From assembly GCA_039818205.1 (NCBI GenBank), contig JBCBUK010000001.1, forward strand, positions 224,001 through 288,000: DNA of 64,000 bases, read 5' to 3'. This DNA is from Verrucomicrobiota bacterium. GTDB lineage: Bacteria; Verrucomicrobiota; Verrucomicrobiia; Opitutales; Cerasicoccaceae. The notes beneath the pieces are model-generated. The model searched no databases and had not been told where the DNA came from. It worked only from the letters and a program-made list of their open reading frames with translations. Positions 50,596 through 60,398 of this stretch are shown one piece after another; positions within the stretch are counted from its first letter, which is position 1, and each line of letters opens with the position of its first letter. The position numbers and the translations under genes are program-made.

Positions 50596-53500
50596 TTATT
50601 CGCCCTTGGCGGTTGGAAAGAAGTTGCTCGGCAAGTCGACCACATGAATATCCCGCTGCGGAAATGGGATTGTTATATTCGCCTCGTTCAACGTCTCGTA
50701 GATTCCCTGCTGCAAGTCACTTGAAACTCCCAGGCGTTCGTCCAACGTGCCCAAAAATGCGAAGCAAACGAAATCAAGCGAGCTATCCCCAAAACCCTTA
50801 AAGAAAACGGCAGGCTTCGGGTCGACCAACACCCGGTGATCCTTCTTAATCGTCTCCAGCAGCAGGTCTTTAACTTGGCCAATATCCGACCCATAAGCGA
50901 CCCCAACGTTGATGGTCAATCGCGTCAAGGTATCGCTCAAAGTCCAATTCGTCAGTTGGCCGGTTACAAACTCCTTGTTGGGGACAATCAATTCTCGGCG
51001 ATCCCATTCTTGAATCGTGGTGCCACGCATCTGAATCCGGGTGACCTTCCCCGTTGTATCACCGACCGTGACGACGTCGCCCACCCGAATCGGTCGTTCA
51101 AACAACAAGATAATGCCTGCGACGAGATTCCCAAAAATCTCCTGCATTCCAAAGCCCAACCCAACCGAAATAGCTGCGATCAACCATTGGACATTGCCCC
51201 ATTCGATCCGCAAAATGGTGCTTGCCCAAATGACTCCAAACATCACGACCAGATAGACGACCAAGGTCGAAAAGGCATGCCGGGTACCGGGATCGATGGA
51301 TCGAATACGCCGGATCATTATGATCTCAAGCAAGCGCGGCAGGCTCCGAGCAAGTAACACGGTGGTAACCGCGCAGGCTAAGAGCATAATCCCCTGCCCG
51401 ATCGTCATGATCGTATTCTCGCCAATCGTTATCAGCGACTGCGCGCCGAGTTTCCGCAATGACGGAAAGGCGTCGGACCACACTGCGCTGACCCCGAGGA
51501 TTAAAGCAATCCATTGCAGGAAGCCAAGAACCTGTCGTGAAGAATCGTCGAGTGCAAAGGTCAGCCGATCTGCCGATGACGTCTCGTTTCCCTCGGCCTC
51601 CTCCTCAAGTTGCTGCATTTTGGCGCGCCATTGCTGGATCTCCAGATAGCGTTGGGCAAGCCCCTTGACGATCAGGACGCCCGCAATGAGCCAGAGGGTC
51701 CGAAAGGTCAATCCCCATAGCATAATCGAGCCCAGCATGTATCCGCCCGTAACGAGTGCGACAAGGAACAGCTGCCAGCCCATCATCAGAAGATAGACGA
51801 ACCAACGTAATGAGCTCGAATCACGAGCAAGCTCGGAGGAGCTCTCGGCCAAAATTCCTTTTCTTGGCGAAAAGAGTTTGTGAAACGCAAGGATACAGAA
51901 GACGAATGCAGGCAATAAAAACACCCGAGCACCAACTTGCTCGCCGATTATCTGCGAGTACTGGTCTAGCACCGAGCCCATGAATGCAAAAAGAAGCGCG
52001 GGAAACATATACCGCGCGATTGCTCGGTTCAGCGTGCTACAGGCGTTCGCCGGCCAACGCAGCTCCTTCTCAGCCAAACCGCCCATCCGGGTTATCCGGT
52101 AAAGGAACATCAGAGTAAACGTCGCTGGAGATATCGAGCGCGCGGCAAATTCAATCGAATTTGCCAGGTTTCCGTTCAACTTTGGGTCATCCAATGTCCA
52201 AGCGATTAGGTGCAAGACCAACAGCGGAATCGCTGCCACGATCAACTCAAAAGTGGTAATCCTAACCGTGTGCGCATAGTTGCTCCAATCAACCGCAACC
52301 CGTTTCTCTGCGCCCATGAATTTGCCCAACAAACGAATAAATATCGCGAGTACAACAAGTCCAAAAGCCAGCACAAATGAGCGAACCACCGGACCCTTGA
52401 ACACCGTATCTAGCATCGAGGTAAACTCATGCATGGCGCCACCCATCAAACCGGGGAGCGACGAAACATCGCGAACGGAAAGCACATTGCGGCTTGGGAT
52501 CCACAGGATGTTCTCCGAAGCGTAATCACGGAACGACTCCGATGCCCGGCTGGCGGCAATGATTGCCGTATCGGTTGAAAGCAATGCCTCAAAGTAGCGG
52601 TTGGCGTCGTCGCGCAACTCGCGGCTAATTTCCCGGCTCTGCTTGAGCAGGGCATCCAGTTCTTCGAGTCCTTCATTCTCCTTGATCCATTCTATATCCT
52701 CCGGAGACAGCGGGATCCCCAGGGCAAGCATCTGTTGAACTGGGGACTTCTTGGCATCCAATTCGCTTGAGAGATCAAACAGCTCAATCTGCGTTTGCCG
52801 CACCTCCTGTTCCAGGCGTCGCTGTTCTTCCTCCAGTTCGCTTGCTTGCGGTAATCGCCGCAACTCTTTCAACATGATTGCGGAGGCCGCCTGTGAGAAA
52901 CCCGATATCTCAACACGCTGTTTAATTTCATCAAGGCGTTGATTGATCCAGTCGGCACGCTGGTGATAGTTTTCTTTTTGGACCGTGGTTATATCGAGCA
53001 GTCGATTTAGCTCCTTGCGCCGATTCAACAATTCCTCGTTGTAATCGGCCAGCTCCTTGAGAACCGGAAATTGTCGGACCGATTTTGCCGCTTGCGCTGT
53101 GGCCTGCTCCTGCTCTTTCAATTTATCCTGGCGCAATGTTTTGAGCTTGGTATCCAAGCGTTCCCTCAGCGATTTGAGGACATCCAAACGAACCTGAGCA
53201 ATCTCGAGCTGCTTTGACCGAACTTCCTTCCGCCGGTCTGCGGTCGCGATGGCCAAATCGAGATAATCGATCTCCGCATTCCAAGCCTGGATCTTCGCCC
53301 GTGCCAACAGGTTCTCGGGATCATCACCCTTCGCGGCATCCATATTGTCACGGACCAAGCCGCGAATCTCATTGCGCCGCTGAGTTTGCTCCAAGCGGAT
53401 CTGGGGATCATTGGAAATCTTCGCCGTCAAATCCTCAACCCGCTCCTTCAGATCCTGAAAATCGGGGGTTAAGGCTTTTAGTTCGCGTTCGGCATCTTCA

Positions 53501-53994
53501 ATGGTATCCGGCAGCATCTTGGACTCAGCCTCAGCCGCCTCATTCTGCGCTTTGGTTAACTCCTGATCCAGCGAATCAGCTTTGGCGTTGCTTGCCTTAA
53601 GCTTGTCGAGATCCGAGTTCCATTTGTCCGCCGTCTTGAGTTGGTCGAGCGCCGACTGAAGAGTCGTATAGTTGCGAGAAGCCGGCGCATCCCCGCTCGG
53701 CTCGGGCAGTTTCGCCAATTCGTTCTCGATCGTCTCCTTAGTGACTGTCTGAGATTCTGATCCGGTTAGATCATCGTCGGACTCGTCATCATCTGTGTCA
53801 TCCGTGGTTGCTGGAGGCGCGGCCTCAGGCGCCGCAACGGTATTAGCGCTTGGCGTCGGCGTCGTTCCCGCAGACTGCGGCACGGCCGCCGCTTCTGCGG
53901 TAGCTGGCGTAGCCTCTTGAGCCCTCAGTGCTCCCAAGAACAAGTAACTGGCTAGCAACCAGTAACACCATCGGGCTCGTCCTACAGTAGTCAT
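50596..53994 (-). CDS. MscK/KefA-like mechanosensitive channel (MscS family)
   Basis: Signal peptide, long periplasmic coiled coil, multi-TM region, GLGFGMQEIFGN, FERPIRVGD, VPNKEF, IPFPQRDIH. Confidence 0.92.
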   Translation of the reverse strand: MTTVGRARWCYWLLASYLFLGALRAQEATPATAEAAAVPQSAGTTPTPSANTVAAPEAAPPATTDDTDDDESDDDLTGSESQTVTKETIENELAKLPEPSGDAPASRNYTTLQSALDQLKTADKWNSDLDKLKASNAKADSLDQELTKAQNEAAEAESKMLPDTIEDAERELKALTPDFQDLKERVEDLTAKISNDPQIRLEQTQRRNEIRGLVRDNMDAAKGDDPENLLARAKIQAWNAEIDYLDLAIATADRRKEVRSKQLEIAQVRLDVLKSLRERLDTKLKTLRQDKLKEQEQATAQAAKSVRQFPVLKELADYNEELLNRRKELNRLLDITTVQKENYHQRADWINQRLDEIKQRVEISGFSQAASAIMLKELRRLPQASELEEEQRRLEQEVRQTQIELFDLSSELDAKKSPVQQMLALGIPLSPEDIEWIKENEGLEELDALLKQSREISRELRDDANRYFEALLSTDTAIIAASRASESFRDYASENILWIPSRNVLSVRDVSSLPGLMGGAMHEFTSMLDTVFKGPVVRSFVLAFGLVVLAIFIRLLGKFMGAEKRVAVDWSNYAHTVRITTFELIVAAIPLLVLHLIAWTLDDPKLNGNLANSIEFAARSISPATFTLMFLYRITRMGGLAEKELRWPANACSTLNRAIARYMFPALLFAFMGSVLDQYSQIIGEQVGARVFLLPAFVFCILAFHKLFSPRKGILAESSSELARDSSSLRWFVYLLMMGWQLFLVALVTGGYMLGSIMLWGLTFRTLWLIAGVLIVKGLAQRYLEIQQWRAKMQQLEEEAEGNETSSADRLTFALDDSSRQVLGFLQWIALILGVSAVWSDAFPSLRKLGAQSLITIGENTIMTIGQGIMLLACAVTTVLLARSLPRLLEIIMIRRIRSIDPGTRHAFSTLVVYLVVMFGVIWASTILRIEWGNVQWLIAAISVGLGFGMQEIFGNLVAGIILLFERPIRVGDVVTVGDTTGKVTRIQMRGTTIQEWDRRELIVPNKEFVTGQLTNWTLSDTLTRLTINVGVAYGSDIGQVKDLLLETIKKDHRVLVDPKPAVFFKGFGDSSLDFVCFAFLGTLDERLGVSSDLQQGIYETLNEANITIPFPQRDIHVVDLPSNFFPTAKGE

Positions 53995-54093
53995 TAGTGG
54001 CAAGTTAGATACAGATTCCCGCAATTGGCAAACCATTCAGGTGAGAACTGAACTGGTGAAACTAAAGACTTCACCTGATATCCTTAAAGCGTG

Positions 54094-55239
54094 ATGCGAG
54101 CTGGGATTCACCTTTTGATGCTTTTTTGTGGGAGCATACTAGCGCAAGCAACTGCCACAATAGACGGCAACCTTGAACGGCTTCGCGCGATCGAAATAAT
54201 TGAGAAACGCTACAATGAGTGGGCGAGTGACATACCCACTTATCAACGCCTCGTTGAACGCGAGTGCGGCTCGTTCCCCGAAGGTCAATTGTATGCCTAC
54301 TTCCTTCCTGCAATGTCGTATGCCCATCTGGCAAAGGCGACACCGTCAAACTCCAAAGCGTACCTCGCCAACAGCCGGATGCTCATTGAACAGGGTATTC
54401 GAGTAGCTGAGTTAATTTTGGAAGTCGACGATCTTAGCGACCTAGAAAACTATCGACATCATGCGACCACCTTGAGCACAGCGCTCCTTGCAATTGCGCT
54501 CTATGAAAAAGCTGGTGGTCCCGTTGACGATTTTGGAAAAGAAAAAAATGTGCTCATCGCGGTACTAAAACATGCCCTTTGGCAATCCAATGGAGGACCC
54601 ATTCAATCCTATCCATCTTACTCCTGGAATTTTGATACCGTCGCATCGCTCACCGCGCTTAGACTAGCGAAACCAAAGGACAAAGAAATCCTAGAATATT
54701 GGGGCAAGCATCTTAAATGGATCGAGAACTACGGAACCGATGAATCAACAGGACTCCCATATTCGGTCCGGGGATTCGGTTACTCCAATGAGCCCAAGCC
54801 TCCGAGAGGCTGCGATTTATTCTTCCGCATCTCGCTGATCGCCTATGTTGATCAAACCGAAGCTCAAAGGCTATTCAAAATTAGTCGAAAAACCCTTGAG
54901 CGCACTGTAGGCAGCCTATACGGCTTTGCCGAATATCCTGCCGGTGTTCGGGGTGCACAAGACAACGACTCAGGTCCAATCATTATGGATCTGGGCCTAT
55001 CAGCAACTGGATTGGCAATCGGGGCCGCAAGAGCGACAGGCAACAGCGATGTAGCGCAGCACCTCTGCAGGCAATTTGCGATGAGAGATGTCTTGTTCAA
55101 GCTAGCCAATACCGCAAGCAATTCGAAACTACCTGGCGCTTGGTTTTGGAGCCAAGTAGGGATAAATGACGACTACTTTACTGGCTTTCTTTTTGGAGAC
55201 GCCTGCCTTTTTTACTCAATTACCTGGGAACCACTCTAA
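54094..55239 (+). CDS. Exported protein, possibly linalool dehydratase/isomerase-like alpha/alpha barrel
   Basis: Signal peptide; FPEG, QSYPSYSWNFD, EYP...DNDSGP...SATG. Family call is tentative. Confidence 0.55.
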   Translation: MRAGIHLLMLFCGSILAQATATIDGNLERLRAIEIIEKRYNEWASDIPTYQRLVERECGSFPEGQLYAYFLPAMSYAHLAKATPSNSKAYLANSRMLIEQGIRVAELILEVDDLSDLENYRHHATTLSTALLAIALYEKAGGPVDDFGKEKNVLIAVLKHALWQSNGGPIQSYPSYSWNFDTVASLTALRLAKPKDKEILEYWGKHLKWIENYGTDESTGLPYSVRGFGYSNEPKPPRGCDLFFRISLIAYVDQTEAQRLFKISRKTLERTVGSLYGFAEYPAGVRGAQDNDSGPIIMDLGLSATGLAIGAARATGNSDVAQHLCRQFAMRDVLFKLANTASNSKLPGAWFWSQVGINDDYFTGFLFGDACLFYSITWEPL

Positions 55240-58034
55240 CCGCCGAGGCCTGCCTTGAGTTTGCGGAGTTCTTCGGCCTTGGCTTTGTTGTTGGCCAGGG
55301 TTTCCTTCCGCGCCTCAATGACTTCGGCAGGAGCATTGCTCACGAACTTTTCATTGGATAGCTGGGCTTCGGTGCCTTTGATGGCTTTATCAAGTCCCGC
55401 AAGCTCCTTCTCGATCTTGGCAATTTCTGCTTCGACATCAACGCTTCCCGCCAAATCCAAGTAGATCGTGCCGAGTTGTGAAACGGCTGCCGGCATGTTC
55501 TGGACATCATCTCGGTTCTCGATCGCACCCGCTTTAGAAAGTTTGCGGAGCTTCTCCTTGTGGGAGTCAACCACGACACGGTCAGCCTCGTCCGCCACGA
55601 GGAAGAAGGTCACATCGTTCTTAGCGGCCAGCGAATACTGGGCCTTGAGTCCACGCGCCTGGTTTACGAAGTCTTGCAGCTTCTCGACTTCGACAATCGC
55701 GGCTTGGTCGAGGGTGACGCCAACACCCGCCAGAGCTGCCTTGAGCTCGTCGCTCGTCGGTATCTTCGTCTCATGGATAAAGCCATCGCCATATCCAAAG
55801 GTCGACCAGAGTTCTTCCGTGATGAATGGCGTAATCGGATGCAGCATCTGGATCACGCTACGCAGGCAGAGATCTTGAATCGCCAGGCAGTTGCCACGTA
55901 ACTCTTCTGAGTCTGCTTTTGACTTCGATACCTCAACATACCAGTCGCAGAAGTCATTCCAAAAGAAGTTATAGAGCGTATCGGTTGTGCGGTTAAACTC
56001 GTAGGATTCAAAGGACGCTTCGTAGTCAGACAATGCCTGCAGCAACTTCGCCAGGATCGCGTGATCATCCGCGTCAAACTTCGCGGACTCCAAACGCGCG
56101 GTAATTGTTTCCAACGAACCGCGTTGCGCAGGAGCTTCGGTCGTTGCACCCGGCTCGCCTTCTTGCATCAGGCGGAAACGGCAAGCGTTCCAAAGCTTAT
56201 TGCAGAAATTACGGCCGAGCTGGACACGGTCCTCCGAGAACAAGATATCTGCTCCCTTAGGCGCAATCATCAGCATACCCAAGCGTAAGCCGTCGGCACC
56301 AAACTTCTCAATAAGATCAAGCGGGTCCGGCGAGTTACCCAAGGACTTCGACATTTTACGGCCCTGAGCATCGCGGATAATGCCATTGAAAATGACGTTC
56401 TTAAATGGCACTTCATCCATGAACTCCAAGCCAGCCATAATCATGCGGGCGACCCAGAAGAAAATGATATCTGGGCCCGTCGCCAGCGCTTGGGTCGGAT
56501 ACCAGAATTCAAGCTCAGCAAGCGCTTTGGCCTTCTTGCTTTCGTCGCCGTCTGCCGCCCAGCCGAAAACTCCAAAGGGCCAAAGCCAGCTGGAGGCCCA
56601 GGTGTCGAGCACGTCATCTTCCTGTTCCCAATTATCGGGATCCGCCGGACCATTAACGCTAACGTGAACCTTAGACGGATCTTTTAGGTCGGCGTCGGTG
56701 AGTTCATTGCGGTCGAGCCCCTTCTTGTACCAGACGGGAATTCGATGCCCCCACCAGAGCTGGCGGCTGATGCACCAGTCTTGAATGTTCTCCAACCAAT
56801 GCAGGTAGGTCTTCGACCAACGCTCGGGATAAAACTTGATGCGGCCATCGCGAACCACTTCCTTCGCCTCTTCGATCTTGGGATACTTCATCCACCATTG
56901 ATCGGATAATCGGGGCTCAATCGGCACATCGGCGCGCTCCGAAAACCCAACGTTGTTCTCGTATTTTTCGCGCTCAACGAGCAAGCCCATCTCCTCGAGT
57001 TTGATCGCGGCCAGCTTGCGCGCCTCAAAGCGATCTTTGCCGTGCAGGTCCTCAACCGCAGGACAATTGACTTTGCCATCAGGCGTGAGGATATCGATGA
57101 CCTCCAAATTGTGACGCTGCCCAATCTCGAAGTCAGCACGGTCATGCGCGGGCGTTACCTTGAGCACTCCGGTGCCGAACTCCATATCAACGTGCTCGTC
57201 TAGAACAAACGGAATCTTTGCCTCCGGGAATGGGCGAATAACATGCAAGCCATGCAAATGCTTGTAACGCTCGTCGTTCGGGTTGATCGCCACTGCCGTG
57301 TCGCCCATCAACGTTTCCGGACGGGTCGTGGAAATCTCAACAAACTCACCGGGACGCTCAGCAATCTCATACTTCATTTTGAAGAGGAAGCCTTTCTGTG
57401 GCTTCATAATCACCTCTTCATCCGAGAGCGCAGTGAGGCTCTTCGGGCACCAGTTGACCATGCGTTTGCCACGGTAAATGTGCCCCTTCTGGTAAAGCTC
57501 AACGAATGCTGCAAGCACCGCGCGGGAGTAGTCCTCATCGAGCGTGTGCACCGTGCGATCCCAGTCACAGGATGCTCCAAGCTTGCGGAGCTGCTTCAGG
57601 ATGATGCCGCCATGCTCGTCCCGCCATTTCTTGGCTTCTTCAATGAAGCCTTCGCGGCCCAGATCCCACTTGGTCTTGCCTTCTTTGCGGAGCTTCTTCT
57701 CAACGCGGGTTTGCGTGGCGATACCAGCGTGATCCGTTCCAGGTACCCAGATCGCTGCCTTGCCCTGCTGCCGTGCACGGCGGGTCAGAATGTCCTGAAT
57801 CGTGTTATTCAGGATGTGGCCCATATGCAAAACACCAGTCACGTTAGGTGGCGGAATAACAATACTGTGCGGGCAACCTGCGGTTGCGCCCGTGTCGGAG
57901 GACGTCGCCCCACCGCTCGCGGCGCTCGCTGCTCCTTCTGGTAAGACGCCACGGAAACATCCAGCGGATTCCCACTGGGCGTACCACTTTTCTTCAACAG
58001 ACTGAGGCTCGTATGCTTTGGCTAGTTCGGACAT
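55236..58034 (-). CDS. valS: Valine--tRNA ligase
   Basis: PPPNVTGVLHMGH, DHAGIATQ, DWCISRQLWWGH, KMSKS, C-terminal coiled coil. Confidence 0.98.
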   Translation of the reverse strand: MSELAKAYEPQSVEEKWYAQWESAGCFRGVLPEGAASAASGGATSSDTGATAGCPHSIVIPPPNVTGVLHMGHILNNTIQDILTRRARQQGKAAIWVPGTDHAGIATQTRVEKKLRKEGKTKWDLGREGFIEEAKKWRDEHGGIILKQLRKLGASCDWDRTVHTLDEDYSRAVLAAFVELYQKGHIYRGKRMVNWCPKSLTALSDEEVIMKPQKGFLFKMKYEIAERPGEFVEISTTRPETLMGDTAVAINPNDERYKHLHGLHVIRPFPEAKIPFVLDEHVDMEFGTGVLKVTPAHDRADFEIGQRHNLEVIDILTPDGKVNCPAVEDLHGKDRFEARKLAAIKLEEMGLLVEREKYENNVGFSERADVPIEPRLSDQWWMKYPKIEEAKEVVRDGRIKFYPERWSKTYLHWLENIQDWCISRQLWWGHRIPVWYKKGLDRNELTDADLKDPSKVHVSVNGPADPDNWEQEDDVLDTWASSWLWPFGVFGWAADGDESKKAKALAELEFWYPTQALATGPDIIFFWVARMIMAGLEFMDEVPFKNVIFNGIIRDAQGRKMSKSLGNSPDPLDLIEKFGADGLRLGMLMIAPKGADILFSEDRVQLGRNFCNKLWNACRFRLMQEGEPGATTEAPAQRGSLETITARLESAKFDADDHAILAKLLQALSDYEASFESYEFNRTTDTLYNFFWNDFCDWYVEVSKSKADSEELRGNCLAIQDLCLRSVIQMLHPITPFITEELWSTFGYGDGFIHETKIPTSDELKAALAGVGVTLDQAAIVEVEKLQDFVNQARGLKAQYSLAAKNDVTFFLVADEADRVVVDSHKEKLRKLSKAGAIENRDDVQNMPAAVSQLGTIYLDLAGSVDVEAEIAKIEKELAGLDKAIKGTEAQLSNEKFVSNAPAEVIEARKETLANNKAKAEELRKLKAGLGG

Positions 58035-58136
58035 GGCAAAATTCGAAAAACCAGCCAGTTTGGCGGTCCCCCCGCCGGGGGCAAGCGCTATTCTGCATTG
58101 CCCGCAGCACGATCACACCCTACTCATTTCCCCAGC

Positions 58137-58976
58137 ATGCAGTTCTCCCAATCTAACGTCGACCTGCTCACCCAGGGAGGAGTCGATCTCAAAGCGGCTT
58201 TGGGAATGACGACCCATCTAGGCATCGGGGCGCATCACGACGACTTGGAATTCATGGCGCTTCACGGTATCGGCGAATGCTTTGAACGGAACGATCAGTG
58301 GTTTGGCGGCATCACCTGCACCGACGGCGCGGGAAGCTCCCGTTCGGGCAAATACGCTGATTTCTCCGATAAAGAGATGCAAACGGTAAGAATCCAGGAA
58401 CAGCGCCAGGCTGCCGAACTTGGCCAGTACAGTTTCATGGCACAGCTGGGCCACCCCAGCACGCATGCTAAAGATCCGACGCAGCGACCGTCTCTGGTCC
58501 AGGACCTGGTTGCGCTACTCAGCGAGATTCAGCCAGGTGTGATCTATACCCACAACCCGTTCGACAAGCATGCGACGCATATTGGAGTGATGAAAGCTGT
58601 GCTCGATGCCATTGCCCTACTCCCCGCTGACCAACGGCCACTACGCCTACTCGGTTGCGAAGTCTGGCGCGGTCTCGACTGGCTCAACGACGAATCCAAA
58701 GTTCTTCTCGATGTCAGCACGCACGCTAAACTGGGTAACCAGCTTAGCCGAATTTTCGATTCCCAGATCGCCGGCGGGAAACGCTATGATCTTGCCGTTG
58801 AGGGCCGTCAATTGGCCAACGCAACCTTCCTCGGCTCCCACAAAGTCGATCATGCCAGCCAGATCACCTATGCCGTCGATCTCACACCAATTGTCACCCA
58901 AGAAACCAGCCTTGAAAACTTGGTTAAGCGGCACCTGAGCGATTTCGAACATGCCGTGCAGGCGCACTACAAATGA
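58137..58976 (+). CDS. PIG-L family deacetylase
   Basis: IGAHHDDLE, TDGAGS, YTHNPFDKHATH. Confidence 0.88.
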   Translation: MQFSQSNVDLLTQGGVDLKAALGMTTHLGIGAHHDDLEFMALHGIGECFERNDQWFGGITCTDGAGSSRSGKYADFSDKEMQTVRIQEQRQAAELGQYSFMAQLGHPSTHAKDPTQRPSLVQDLVALLSEIQPGVIYTHNPFDKHATHIGVMKAVLDAIALLPADQRPLRLLGCEVWRGLDWLNDESKVLLDVSTHAKLGNQLSRIFDSQIAGGKRYDLAVEGRQLANATFLGSHKVDHASQITYAVDLTPIVTQETSLENLVKRHLSDFEHAVQAHYK

Positions 58977-58982
58977 CGCGCT

Positions 58983-60395
58983 CTACTCAGCAGGTCCCCA
59001 GCGCTTCGTAAATGGGTAGAAAATGAAGGAGGCGCGGCCAACGACATCTTTCTCTGGAACCATGTTCACCGGGACATTTTCCGCTCTTTCTTCCATAGTT
59101 CGGAAGTCTCCCGCAACGCCCCAACCACGGCTATCGAACGAATGAGGCGAATTGTCGCCCAGCGTATAGAAGTAGCCTGCGGGAACCGTATCCGTATCCC
59201 CCTCGCCGAGTTTCCAGCGGTTCTGATAGCCTAGATATCCTGGAGCCAGCTCGGCATTGTAACCAAATGCATCCGCGCCTTCAATGGGTTCGCCGTTGCT
59301 ATACAACACAGGCCCCTTGATCTCGAGCGTATCGCCCTCAACCCCCACCAGGCGCTTGATGTAGTAGCGCTCGTCATCGACAATCTGTCGAGACATTGGA
59401 TCCATTGCCCGCAATCCAGGAATATTATCCGTGCGGAATACAACGGGGTCACCCACATCCGGGCGCACAAAATTGTAGCTGAAGCGATCAACGAAGAGCA
59501 TGTCGCCGCTATTGATGTCGAAATCAAAAACGGTCTGTCCCTGCTTAAGCTGAATGCCTGTCTCAATCTCAACCACTTGCCAACGGCTGCGACCATTCGA
59601 TGCACGCCGTGGTTCCAGCTCGCGAATCTTACCGAGCCTTCGATAGTGCTCAAAGACATCGTTTAGCGAGTCGTATTCGGGAAACCAGCTTTCGAGTAAA
59701 ACCTCATTAAATTCAAAATCTCCGGGGACGACGATCGGCGTCCTTTCACCACCAACATCGAACGAATAAACCCGCTTGGGTGAGCTACCCAGATTACCAA
59801 ACAAAGGTTTTACGGTGTCGGCAAAGTCTACATTGGTATTCCAACCAAGCTCGTCCCTGATGACCCCCAAACGCACGACGAGCTCACCATCTTTCGGCGC
59901 TGTAAGGTAGTAGTTAAACTGCCCAGCAATGCCAAACGGAAGCGATTGAGGCAGGCCTTGGGTCGCCCCGAGGAAAAAACGCTTCACGATATTTGGCCGT
60001 GGTTCACTTGGCGGGTAAACCGTAGCGTTGAGGCCCGCGTAGGTTGGCCACATGGAATTCGTCGGAATTTTAAATGGCTGAAAAAAGTAGGTGCGCACCC
60101 CGATGGCGAGGATAGCCGCAACCAAGATCATCTCGACGTTCTCCGACATGAAGGTCATCGGGAATATCTTTCCACCATGCCGCTTGAGTGTCTTTTCTAA
60201 AGTGTCGATCGACTTCTCGATCGTCTTGATCTCGACCTTATCTTTGAGCTCTTTCTCGAGCTTCCCCCTGGCATCCTCGATCTCGTCCAACGCCTCAGGC
60301 TTCAGGAGATCACGCCGGTAGGCCACGACCTTATGTGCATGGCCCAACATGTGACGGGCCACTTTGCGAAGTTTTTTCTCCTTGCTGCTGAACAT
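58983..60395 (-). CDS. lepB: Signal peptidase I (long form)
   Basis: FKIPTNSMWPT (Ser), YIKRLVG (Lys), GDNSPHSFDSR; directly after lepA. Confidence 0.93.
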   Translation of the reverse strand: MFSSKEKKLRKVARHMLGHAHKVVAYRRDLLKPEALDEIEDARGKLEKELKDKVEIKTIEKSIDTLEKTLKRHGGKIFPMTFMSENVEMILVAAILAIGVRTYFFQPFKIPTNSMWPTYAGLNATVYPPSEPRPNIVKRFFLGATQGLPQSLPFGIAGQFNYYLTAPKDGELVVRLGVIRDELGWNTNVDFADTVKPLFGNLGSSPKRVYSFDVGGERTPIVVPGDFEFNEVLLESWFPEYDSLNDVFEHYRRLGKIRELEPRRASNGRSRWQVVEIETGIQLKQGQTVFDFDINSGDMLFVDRFSYNFVRPDVGDPVVFRTDNIPGLRAMDPMSRQIVDDERYYIKRLVGVEGDTLEIKGPVLYSNGEPIEGADAFGYNAELAPGYLGYQNRWKLGEGDTDTVPAGYFYTLGDNSPHSFDSRGWGVAGDFRTMEERAENVPVNMVPEKDVVGRASFIFYPFTKRWGPAE

Positions 60396-60398
60396 GGG

